A stretch of 30,044 bases of DNA from positions 1-30,044 of the IMG/VR virus record IMGVR_UViG_3300040985_001415; one strand, given 5' to 3'. Made by a program: the position numbers and the translations under genes. Of the stretch, positions 18,095 through 25,977 are shown in pieces. The notes beneath the pieces are model-generated. The model was given only the letters and a program-made list of their open reading frames with translations. It made no database searches and was not told the DNA's origin. The number at the start of each line of letters is the position of its first letter. Position 1 is the first letter of the stretch. This DNA comes from a virus (taxonomy: Duplodnaviria; Caudoviricetes).

Positions 18095-20034
18095 GCATGG
18101 ACAAGACCAATCTCGATCACGCACTTGAGTACCTCGACAGAGGGTGGTGCATCATACCTATCAGACCAGACACGAAGCGGCCCCCTATAAAATGGAAGGA
18201 GTATCAGACCAGACTTCCGACTGAGGAAGAGGTAACAAAATGGTGGACGGACAACCCCGACTACGGATTAGCCATTGTGACTGGTGAAATCAGTGGGCTG
18301 GTTGTCGTTGACTGTGACAACCCAGAAGCACTGGAAGCAGCGCTCGACAGCGGGATGAGCAGCCCGATAAGAGCTAAGACTAAGCACGGCTATCACCTGT
18401 ACTTTGAGTGTCCGATGGATGGTGTGCGGCGCGGACCGCGAGCGGGGAACAATAGCACGGGATCAGACTGGCCTCAAATTAAAGGCTTGGATTTTCGCGG
18501 CGATGGGAGCTATGCGCTCCTGCCCCCATCGAAAAATTATTCTTGGGAGATACCGTCTTATCTGGACTGGGATGACGTTCCAGTTTGGAGGGACTGGAAG
18601 CCGCGCCTATCTCCCGCGCCAGAAGGTTTTGTCTTTAGTAAACTTGATTTGTCTACTGTCACACCCCGAAATCCAGAAGATACAATTTCTGAGTGGGACA
18701 AGACTGCCAAGTATGTCTTGGAGCATTTCCCGACCACGAAAAAAATTCCATCGGGCATGGGAAACGGTCGAAACGAGCGGGTAATGAGATACGTCAGCGA
18801 GTGCATTTTGCAAGGACAATTTGGCCCCGAATTAAGGGTGCGCGGTCACGCATTTATGAACGAGTTTTACGAGCTACCTTTATCCGAAGCCGAGTTCGAG
18901 GCGACATGCGCTTCAATGGAGCAAGCGGAGAAGCGCAATCATCCAGAGCGCTTCAATGATAAGGGCGAATATATCGCTGCTAAAAAAGTGGAGAAGAACC
19001 CGCGCAAGGCCAAGCTGATCCAGATGAGGGACGCCGATCAGTTGATGGAAGAAGCCGCTGCCAAAGAGTACCTGATCGAGCCGTGGCTTCCGCGTAATAC
19101 AATTGTTCAAGTGCATGGCTACAGCGGCCACGGCAAGTCGCTCTTCATTCAAAATGCGATGGCCGCCCTCACGGCAGGGCGTCGATACTTTGGCCCATTT
19201 GAAATCGGAACCCCTGCCCGTGTCTTGTACCTAGACTTTGAGAACGGCATGGCCACCATCGCACGACGCTTGCAAGAACTACGACAGATGCACGGCGATG
19301 CACAGGATAGGCTGAACATCTGGACGCCGTTCGTGAGCGACGACATGAACCTGAAGTCAGCCGAAGGCGTGATGGAGTTGCAAGGCTGGATCAAACATGC
19401 GTCCCCTGATGTTGTCGTGATTGACACCATCCGCTCGGCCTATTCTGGACTGCAAGAGAACTCGGCGGAAGAGTGGGGGCGCATAAACAAACTGGCCATG
19501 ACGCTGCGCAATTCGGGCATCGCTGTCATCATGGTCCACCACTCCAACAAGCCAAGCGGTGAGGGCGGATTTGGGCGTGAAGCGGGATCGACCAACCAGT
19601 TGACTGTCTTGGAGACACAGATCAGAATTGTCCAAGTCTTCAGAGATGAAGACCAAGCCACCCAAAACGCAGGGATTTTTGATGCGAATTATAATCGTCC
19701 GATCTGGCCTCTTCTGGAAGCCAAGATGCCGCCCGACCACCGCCTCTATATGGTGATGGAAGTCCGTTACGGGAAGGTTCGCGAGTGGACGGACATGCAC
19801 GATCCAGTCCAGTGGATCGGTTTCGCGCAGCACAATGTGACGGAGGAGAAGATTGTCGTGTCGTCCTATTCCACAAAACAACGTGCCAAAGACATGGCAT
19901 TGGGGGCTAGTTCGGTTGAGGAAATTGGGGGGGAGCTTCAACGACCTGTTCGTTTGATCCGCGAGTGGCTCGGCCTTGAAGCTGTTCAGTCCTCTGCGAA
20001 AGTTGTCCCTCTGTCATCTGCTTCATCGAAGTAA
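18091..20034 (+). CDS. Bifunctional primase-polymerase fused to an AAA_25/RepA-type helicase
   Basis: GW.IIPI...KRP.IKWKEYQ, TG.ISGLVVVDCD, T.HG.HLYF, DFRGDGSY.LLPPS, G.GRN (PriCT-like), GYSGHGKS, VLYLDFE, VVVIDT and VHHSNK. Confidence 0.92.
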   Translation: MSMDKTNLDHALEYLDRGWCIIPIRPDTKRPPIKWKEYQTRLPTEEEVTKWWTDNPDYGLAIVTGEISGLVVVDCDNPEALEAALDSGMSSPIRAKTKHGYHLYFECPMDGVRRGPRAGNNSTGSDWPQIKGLDFRGDGSYALLPPSKNYSWEIPSYLDWDDVPVWRDWKPRLSPAPEGFVFSKLDLSTVTPRNPEDTISEWDKTAKYVLEHFPTTKKIPSGMGNGRNERVMRYVSECILQGQFGPELRVRGHAFMNEFYELPLSEAEFEATCASMEQAEKRNHPERFNDKGEYIAAKKVEKNPRKAKLIQMRDADQLMEEAAAKEYLIEPWLPRNTIVQVHGYSGHGKSLFIQNAMAALTAGRRYFGPFEIGTPARVLYLDFENGMATIARRLQELRQMHGDAQDRLNIWTPFVSDDMNLKSAEGVMELQGWIKHASPDVVVIDTIRSAYSGLQENSAEEWGRINKLAMTLRNSGIAVIMVHHSNKPSGEGGFGREAGSTNQLTVLETQIRIVQVFRDEDQATQNAGIFDANYNRPIWPLLEAKMPPDHRLYMVMEVRYGKVREWTDMHDPVQWIGFAQHNVTEEKIVVSSYSTKQRAKDMALGASSVEEIGGELQRPVRLIREWLGLEAVQSSAKVVPLSSASSK

Positions 20035-20158
20035 TTTCCGCATCGGGGAAAGATAGGCGAACAAAATCTATAATTTCTGCAACTCTTGGATAGCGCTGGC
20101 GATTAAGCTGGCGCTTTTCTGCTTCCATTGCCTGATAATATTTTTCTTTTTGTCCCAA
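19907..20158 (-). CDS. Possible small protein, convergent on and overlapping the primase 3' end
   Basis: 83-aa ORF downstream of a good minus-strand promoter. The start is uncertain (TTG 20158 or an internal ATG). Confidence 0.35.
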   Translation of the reverse strand: MGQKEKYYQAMEAEKRQLNRQRYPRVAEIIDFVRLSFPDAEITSMKQMTEGQLSQRTEQLQGRATRGSNEQVVEAPPQFPQPN

Positions 20159-20160
20159 AG

Positions 20161-20266
20161 TAAAATCGTCGCCTAACTGTCAAACTCTAACTGTCATTCT
20201 TTGTTACGAACCACGAAGGTGGTGTCGTAACTCCGACTGTCAGGTCGTCCGACAGCGACGATTTTA
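20161..20266. repeat. Inverted/direct repeat cluster, candidate replication origin
   Basis: Perfect 12-bp IR TAAAATCGTCGC(20161-72)/GCGACGATTTTA(20255-66); CTAACTGTCA twice (20173, 20187); ACTGTCA (20236); 12-bp hairpin at 20203-20231. Confidence 0.75.
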
Positions 20267-20288
20267 TCGTGTTCGTTGGGAAAGTCAA
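20261..20288 (-). promoter_or_regulatory. Sigma70-type promoter firing leftwards through the repeat cluster
   Basis: TTGACT(20288-83)-16-TAAAAT(20266-61). Confidence 0.55.
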
Positions 20289-20370
20289 CCCTTTAGTTTG
20301 GTAAAGTTGCTTGTCGATGTTCCTTTTTCTGCTATTGTCTACACCAGATGACAGAACACGGAGAAACCTA

Positions 20371-20658
20371 ATGTCACGCCAGATCAGTCTCGCAGATGAT
20401 GATCTACTCTGGCTCCGAAGTTCACATAAATCTCACACGTACACGGGTATGGCCAAAAGAATTGGCTGCTGCGTGGACACATTGAAGCGCATCCTCGTTC
20501 GTGAGGGGCTTCAAGAATTTGAAGGGGCTAAATATCAGGTTCGCATCAAACAAAAAATGTGGATGCGACCGTGTGTAAGGTGCAACTCGGAACAGGTGCG
20601 CCCAAAAAATCACTACTTCTGTAAGCCCTGTCGAAGAACGATGGGGTACATAGATTGA
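20371..20658 (+). CDS. HTH plus zinc-ribbon protein
   Basis: GGAG precedes ATG 20371. MAKRIGCCVDTLKRIL HTH-like segment and CVRC...FCKPC. Confidence 0.7.
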   Translation: MSRQISLADDDLLWLRSSHKSHTYTGMAKRIGCCVDTLKRILVREGLQEFEGAKYQVRIKQKMWMRPCVRCNSEQVRPKNHYFCKPCRRTMGYID

Positions 20659-21050
20659 CAACGAGCAGCCAACGCAAGGGGAGCGGGTACGAGCGCGAAC
20701 TCGCAGCCCACATCAACGAGGTCACTGGCCTAGACAGTTTCCGCGCCCCCCTGTCGGGAGGCGGCAATCTCAAAATGACTGGCGGCTCGGACATCATGGG
20801 CACACCAGAAGTTTTCATCGAAGCGAAGCGCGTGGAACGTCTCAACTTCCACGATGCTCTGCGTCAAGCGGAGCGTAACATTAGAACAGCCAAATCTCCT
20901 GATATGCCGCTTGTTGTCAATCGCCGAAACCGCATGAAAACTGGCGAGAGCCTCTGCCTATTACGGCTGGATGATTTCTTGAAGTTATACACCTCCTATC
21001 TCAAGCAGGAGGGTTATGTCGAAGCCGACCAAGACGTGCGGAAAATGTAG
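20655..21050 (+). CDS. Holliday junction resolvase (Hjc-like PD-(D/E)xK)
   Basis: S.RKG..YERELA, R.PLSG, SDI, IEAKRVE.L and QA. Confidence 0.85.
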   Translation: MTTSSQRKGSGYERELAAHINEVTGLDSFRAPLSGGGNLKMTGGSDIMGTPEVFIEAKRVERLNFHDALRQAERNIRTAKSPDMPLVVNRRNRMKTGESLCLLRLDDFLKLYTSYLKQEGYVEADQDVRKM

Positions 21051-21514
21051 ACTTAACTTACCAATAACTAATTTCTATCTCAGGGGTGGGCCAGCCGCCC
21101 GAAAAGATGAACCGCGAGGGGCAGCCCTACGGGTTCTGCCTGTCGTGTCGTAGGACCAAGCGCAACAATAATCCCCACACATATCTCCTTCAGTTATTGT
21201 CTCATGCACGTCGTCGCTCTCGGAAAAAAAACTTAGAGTACAATCTGAATTTAGATTTCGCCAAAGCACTCCTCAAAAAACAACAGGGCGTCTGCTCTGT
21301 AAGCGGCCAACCGCTTACGCTATTGGCCGATGGCAAAAAAGGTCAAAAGCTCTCGAACCTTTCCCTCGACCGTATCGACAACTCCCGTGGCTACACCCGC
21401 GACAACGTGCGATTTGTCTGTTGGGTCGTGAACATCATGCGGCACAATCAGCGGGACGATCAACTTCTGTCGTGGTGCTATAAAATTATCGAGCATAACG
21501 AAAGGAAGTGCTGA
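21016..21514 (+). CDS. Zn-ribbon/HNH-like endonuclease gene interrupted by a +1 frameshift
   Basis: ATG 21016 (SD AGGAGG) gives KTCGKC..LP..NFY and stops at 21153. The +1 frame continues FCLSC...ARRR...C.VSG..L...SLDRIDNSRGY..DNV.FVC..VN to 21514. Confidence 0.7.
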
Positions 21515-21750
21515 TGAAGATAACTTCTTTCGCTCCCCCCACCGCCATGCAGCTAACGCCGCCAGAGCAATACACTCCCAAGATCACACAGGCTGAGATG
21601 CAGCGCCTTGAAGAACGGCACATCGAAATCCACAACCTCCAAAAGATACACCACTTGGCCCTCCTGCTCGAAAGCTACAGTTACAATCGCATGGGGAAAG
21701 GAAACCCGCCCGTCCATCGTGAAGGACAGGTGGTGGATATATCCATATGA
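21514..21750 (+). CDS. Hypothetical protein
   Basis: TGATG coupling to the upstream gene and ATGA coupling to the downstream gene. Confidence 0.6.
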   Translation: MKITSFAPPTAMQLTPPEQYTPKITQAEMQRLEERHIEIHNLQKIHHLALLLESYSYNRMGKGNPPVHREGQVVDISI

Positions 21751-22343
21751 GCGATGAAAAGAAAAACTTAATTATCCAAGAGCTACGCCTTTGGTCATCC
21801 GAGGTGCTAGAGGTGTCATCTTCCGCCTTCGGCGGGATGCCACCATGCCCATACGCAGCAAAGACATGGCAGAATAACCAGTACGCAATTCATTTTGTGG
21901 ATGAGTTGTCCACTGTCGTGGAACTCAAGGCTGTCTTAAACGAGCTTGATCTTATCACGCACATCGTCGTCTGGCTCAAACCCCAAAGCAAAACGGTCGA
22001 AGAGTTTGACACATGGCTATCCAACCAAAACAAAAACCACTTCGGCATCTGGCTCATGGGCTTCCACCCCGATGCGGAGGACAATGAAATGACTGACGCC
22101 TTTGATGGCCTCGTTGAGGACGACTACGGCCTCATACTCGTGCAATCATTGGGGCATCTCGCCACTGCATCCGACATTCTCAGCCGAACCAAATACTACG
22201 ACAACTTTCCGCCCGACTACATGGAGGCGATCAAAGACAGAAAGGAAACATTTGATGCGTGGATTAAAAAAACCATTACGCAAGTTCCCCAAGAAATTAC
22301 CTTCTCGCAAACTGAAGAAGAAATAGAAATAAGGATGCACTAA
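21747..22343 (+). CDS. Hypothetical protein, DUF1415-like
   Basis: W...V.E.....GGMPPCPYA, LMGFHP, LILVQ.L..L..AS..L and YY motifs. Confidence 0.65.
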   Translation: MSDEKKNLIIQELRLWSSEVLEVSSSAFGGMPPCPYAAKTWQNNQYAIHFVDELSTVVELKAVLNELDLITHIVVWLKPQSKTVEEFDTWLSNQNKNHFGIWLMGFHPDAEDNEMTDAFDGLVEDDYGLILVQSLGHLATASDILSRTKYYDNFPPDYMEAIKDRKETFDAWIKKTITQVPQEITFSQTEEEIEIRMH

Positions 22344-22344
22344 A

Positions 22345-22509
22345 ATGCGCAGAAAAAAAAGACCCGCCCGTGGCCTCGTGTTCAGCACGGCATCCGTTCG
22401 CAACGAACGCATGGCTCCCGTAAGCACGACACCCAAGATGAAATCTGAGATGTCAGCCCACTTCGGCTCATCTCTTGGCCGATCAAAGCGACTGAGGCGG
22501 CGGAGATAA
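22345..22509 (+). CDS. Small very basic protein (54 aa, absent from the ORF track)
   Basis: MRRKKRPARG...SKRLRRRR. It fills the gap between the neighbouring genes exactly and has AAGGA upstream. Confidence 0.6.
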   Translation: MRRKKRPARGLVFSTASVRNERMAPVSTTPKMKSEMSAHFGSSLGRSKRLRRRR

Positions 22510-22512
22510 CCA

Positions 22513-23226
22513 ATGTCTTTTTCCACGACACTCATGCCCTATCTAACGGAAGATAAGGATGTATCGCACCTCAACTTCGACGACGGCTTCGGCACTGCCT
22601 TAACCCCCTTCCTTGAAGCGGCCAAGGAAGCTGGCCACGACATCCAAATATATTCTGGCTACCGCTCGCCCGAACACCAAGACCGTCTGTTCGCCGCTGC
22701 CGTCAAAAAATACGGCAGCGAAGCAGCCGCTCGCAAATGGGCAGCCCCCGCAGGAAAGTCACGACACAACCACGGCGGAGCAGCCGACCTACGCTACGCC
22801 ACAGACGCAGCCCGTAACTGGGCGCACGACAACGCCTCCTCCCATGGCCTCAACTTCCGTTTGTCGCACGAGCCGTGGCACATTGAACTAAATCCCAGCC
22901 AAGCCCAAGCCCAAGCCGAACCCAAGCCCAAAACAGAAGTTAATCCACCGCTATCCGCGCTTCGCACCGACACGCCACACGCGCACTCCGTGAGCAACGG
23001 AGCCAAGAACAAAAGAATTTCAGAAATCTTTGACAATAACTTTAATCGTTCTGACAATCGGTCAGACCAAACACCGACTAAAAAAGAGCCAGTGACGTAT
23101 GATCCATTGGCCTTCGACCTTGCAGATGAGCAGCTTGCGTCCCTCCAATCCGATTATCTGGAGGATCAACTCACACAAAATTACAGTGGCTCTTTCTCAA
23201 GGTGGATGATGCGTGGAACCAATTAG
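22513..23226 (+). CDS. Peptidase M15 (VanY-like) peptidoglycan peptidase with C-terminal extension
   Basis: I.SGYRS...Q..L, AAPAGKSRHNHG.AAD and HEPWH zinc/catalytic motifs. Confidence 0.88.
   Translation: MSFSTTLMPYLTEDKDVSHLNFDDGFGTALTPFLEAAKEAGHDIQIYSGYRSPEHQDRLFAAAVKKYGSEAAARKWAAPAGKSRHNHGGAADLRYATDAARNWAHDNASSHGLNFRLSHEPWHIELNPSQAQAQAEPKPKTEVNPPLSALRTDTPHAHSVSNGAKNKRISEIFDNNFNRSDNRSDQTPTKKEPVTYDPLAFDLADEQLASLQSDYLEDQLTQNYSGSFSRWMMRGTN
22900..22917 (+). repeat. (CAAGCC)x3 microsatellite encoding a QAQAQA linker
   Basis: Read directly from the sequence; follows the peptidase domain. Confidence 0.8.
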
Positions 23227-23680
23227 CACAATCGCAGCGGTCACAACCGTCTTTACGGGCGTGAAAAAAATGATTTCTGCTGGCAAAGAAATCCACGACA
23301 TGGCTTCCGATCTCGGCAAAGTTTTCGATGCCATCGACGGCGCTCGTAGCGCACATCGAAGTGAGGCTGGCCGCAAGGGCCAAGCTCTATCTGCAAATCA
23401 GGAAGCCCTGACCACTTTCATCGACAAGAAAAAGGCCGACGACATGGAGGAGGAATTGAAATCCGTTATCATCCACACTCGCGGCTTCTCCGCTTGGGGT
23501 GAACTGGTGCAGCTTCGCGCCACAATCCGTCGCGAGCGCAAAGAAGCGCAAGAGGAAGCACTAAAGGAAAGAAAAGAGAAGGTCGAGCAGACCATAATAA
23601 TCGGGTCTGTCGCCTTCATCTTGGCCTGTCTAATTAGCTTAGTTGGTTTGATTATACTTGGTCAGATGGGGCGTCTCTGA
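23213..23680 (+). CDS. Coiled-coil protein with C-terminal transmembrane helix
   Basis: GTG start MEPISTIAA, charged helical middle, and hydrophobic IIIGSVAFILACLISLVGLIIL. Confidence 0.75.
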   Translation: MEPISTIAAVTTVFTGVKKMISAGKEIHDMASDLGKVFDAIDGARSAHRSEAGRKGQALSANQEALTTFIDKKKADDMEEELKSVIIHTRGFSAWGELVQLRATIRRERKEAQEEALKERKEKVEQTIIIGSVAFILACLISLVGLIILGQMGRL

Positions 23681-23930
23681 CGCCCCAGTGTTTCAAATAT
23701 TTTTCAGCTTTATGACCACGGCTCCACCCCTTTGAGTGACCGCACGAGCCACAGTCACGGCGCGTGAGTATGCCGACATGTGTCAGAAGTGTAGTGTATC
23801 GCTGCGCCTCTACCACTGGAATTTGTAGCGCCTCGGAAAATTCACGTAGCTTGAGCGGTTTTTCCTTCCGCTCGATTTCACGCAGCATGAGAATTGCCCG
23901 ATTGATTTGGTTATTTGTTAAGCGGTGCAT
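23652..23930 (-). CDS. Small winged-HTH protein (IclR-like N-terminal pattern)
   Basis: INRAILMLREI....PLKLREFSEALQIP...AQRYTTLL.HVGILTR pattern, plus a CGSC motif. Confidence 0.6.
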   Translation of the reverse strand: MHRLTNNQINRAILMLREIERKEKPLKLREFSEALQIPVVEAQRYTTLLTHVGILTRRDCGSCGHSKGWSRGHKAEKYLKHWGVRDAPSDQV

Positions 23931-24132
23931 TAACAAACCGAATTATTTCAGCGCGGATTTTAGTCCAACTTGCTACAAGCTCTTCAACTTCGTCAGCTAA
24001 AAAGTCACTACCTGAATTTGAGTGTCTTTTATCAATGTAACCCAGAAGATCGTCGTATAATTTAATCACCTCACGCATATCTTTCCAACCCTGTGTTTGT
24101 GTGTTCAGTATATTATTATTGCCTGTATTCAT
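23911..24132 (-). CDS. Hypothetical protein (73 aa)
   Basis: GGAG SD before ATG 24132; helical sequence. Confidence 0.55.
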   Translation of the reverse strand: MNTGNNNILNTQTQGWKDMREVIKLYDDLLGYIDKRHSNSGSDFLADEVEELVASWTKIRAEIIRFVNAPLNK

Positions 24133-24186
24133 TTGTTTGATCTCCAACTTATAACAACCTAAGTTGTTGGCGACAACCCAGAAAAC

Positions 24187-24470
24187 TGTGCGAGTTTTGT
24201 GCAAGCACACAACTTGGTTGCCATTTTGTTACCAACTCGTAACAACATAAGACTTTATAAGATGTTATAAGGTGTCTAAGTGTGTCATTCGTTGCCATTA
24301 AATTGTGCAAGAATGTCCTTAGCAGGGGAGCGCCTTCGACCACTCGGCCACATCTCCGCTGCGAGGCATACAAGCATTTATCCTCCAAGATCAAGGTGAT
24401 AATACCCATAAAAAGAACTTTCTTACACATCGTTATTTCCCAACGTGAAGATGTGTGCGAGTTTTGTGCA
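24187..24470. mobile_element. attP region: tRNA-homologous core flanked by arm-type repeats
   Basis: AT-rich non-coding gap immediately downstream of the integrase. Perfect 17-bp direct repeat TGTGCGAGTTTTGTGCA at 24187-24203 and 24454-24470, with the tRNA fragment between the copies. Confidence 0.85.
24317..24357 (-). tRNA. 5' fragment of tRNA-Ser(GCT) (att homology, not a complete tRNA)
   Basis: GGAGATG-TG-GCCGAGTGGTCGAAGGC-G-CTCCC-CTGCTAA-GG gives the acceptor 5' strand, D arm and anticodon loop. tRNA-like sequence stops 2 nt past the loop; no T arm follows. Confidence 0.88.
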
Positions 24471-24480
24471 GATTTCAGCA

Positions 24481-25479
24481 TCAGCCTAGCATTTCCACCG
24501 TTGTCTTGAGGTGTGTTGGTGAGAGATGCGCGTAGCGCATCACCATGTTTAGATTTTTGTGACCAAGCAGATCAGCCACAGCTTTGAGTGTTGCATTTTT
24601 CTGCACCAGATGCGAGGCAAAAGTGTGACGACAATCATGCGGAGTGAAGTCCTCTATTCCCGCCCTTTCCTTCGCGGGGTTGAAATATTTGTAGAGAGCG
24701 TCTTTCGTCCACGGCTTGCCAGTCGGCGCAAGAAAGACATGGTCTGACCTCTCACCTCGCTGCCCCATGGCCGCAACCGCACGTTCCACAAGCGGAACAT
24801 TCCGCCGCCTACGCTTGCTGCCCTTCCCCTTCCACGTTGACAGAGTGACGGTCTCCACAATGACATCGCTCCACTTCAATTTGAGTGCCTCACCCAACCG
24901 CGCACCCGTATAGAACAGGAACGTCACGACATGGCGAAGTTCGTCTGGCTCACAAGCAGCGATCAAAAGTTCTCGCTCCTCTTCCGTCAACCAACGGCAG
25001 CGCTCGTCGTCCGCTCGCGGCTTTTTCAGTTTGCTCAAGTCCGATACTCTCCACCCCATTGAACTGGCATGGTTGAGCATCGCCATGATTGAGTTTAACT
25101 CACGCCGCACCGTACTTGCCTTGTTGCCACGCGCCTGTACATACAACTGTATGTCCGCGACCGTCAGGCTCTCCAATTTAACGTGGTCAAACTCTCTACC
25201 AAAGCGCGACAGAATACTGACGTCTGTCCCGCCCACGCCTTCTGGTCTGTGCAGATACAGATCAATCGCTTGACTAACTCTCTCCTTCCCCTTCACATTG
25301 GCTGAATTAAAATTTCCCGAAAGCACGTCTCTCGTTATTTCTTGCAGCCGATTGGCTGCAAGGTTTTTGTACGCGCTGTTATATCCAGTGCTTTGCCTTA
25401 CAGGCACACGACTTCCGTTCAACATCACGCTTCCCACGACGTACCACTTCGAGCCGCGTAGTCGTAACTCAAGGTTCAT
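24481..25479 (-). CDS. int: Tyrosine recombinase/integrase
   Basis: YTGARLGEAL.L.W, K, HDCRHTFAS.L, LLGH and RYAH supply the complete R-K-H-R-H-Y catalytic set; N-terminal arm-binding-like beta domain. Confidence 0.95.
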   Translation of the reverse strand: MNLELRLRGSKWYVVGSVMLNGSRVPVRQSTGYNSAYKNLAANRLQEITRDVLSGNFNSANVKGKERVSQAIDLYLHRPEGVGGTDVSILSRFGREFDHVKLESLTVADIQLYVQARGNKASTVRRELNSIMAMLNHASSMGWRVSDLSKLKKPRADDERCRWLTEEERELLIAACEPDELRHVVTFLFYTGARLGEALKLKWSDVIVETVTLSTWKGKGSKRRRRNVPLVERAVAAMGQRGERSDHVFLAPTGKPWTKDALYKYFNPAKERAGIEDFTPHDCRHTFASHLVQKNATLKAVADLLGHKNLNMVMRYAHLSPTHLKTTVEMLG

Positions 25480-25934
25480 TTATCTCTCCTTTTTACTCCA
25501 TATAATTTTACATACACGTCTGGTTCCTCGTAGTTCAAATCCCACCCCTTGGGTAAGCCGCCTGACATTATGATGTACGCATCCTCTGGCGTGTCGTCGA
25601 ACTCCTTTGACGTCGCTAACAGCACTTGTGTACGTGTCCTGACATCGTAATGTTTGGCGATGGCTTTGATGTTCCCCTTGATTGTATTTTCACTCACAAG
25701 TAACCGCTCTGCGATTTCTCTGTTCGTGCAACCACGCCGCAACATTTGTAGTGTAGCGTGCTGCTTTGTCGTCAGCCGATCCAAGCGCGGCTCCCCACCT
25801 CCTTGGCGGTCCAGACTGTTGGCGGTCTGGGTATTTAACCCTTCCCCCGTGGCGATTTGTGATGAACTTTCGCTCACCAAACGCCCCATTATTTGATCGA
25901 GTTTCCACTCGATCCGATCCAATTGTTCCTTCAT
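25476..25934 (-). CDS. LuxR/GerE-type HTH regulator
   Basis: LTTKQHATLQML.RG.TNREIAERL.VSENTIK..IK.I...Y.VRTR.Q. ATGA overlap with int. Confidence 0.88.
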   Translation of the reverse strand: MKEQLDRIEWKLDQIMGRLVSESSSQIATGEGLNTQTANSLDRQGGGEPRLDRLTTKQHATLQMLRRGCTNREIAERLLVSENTIKGNIKAIAKHYDVRTRTQVLLATSKEFDDTPEDAYIIMSGGLPKGWDLNYEEPDVYVKLYGVKRRDK

Positions 25935-25977
25935 AAAAGTAACCCCAATCTTGTCTTTCGTCCTTTTTCGTTCTACT

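Noticed and set aside
24317-24357. Functional phage tRNA gene
   Set aside because: The anticodon stem 3' strand breaks after 2 nt, and there is no variable arm, T arm or acceptor 3' strand.
24149-24509. Track ORFs 24149-24481(-) and 24282-24509(+)
   Set aside because: They span the attP core and arm repeats and have no protein-like features.
25476-25934. Quorum-sensing receptor
   Set aside because: There is no room for an autoinducer-binding domain N-terminal to the HTH.
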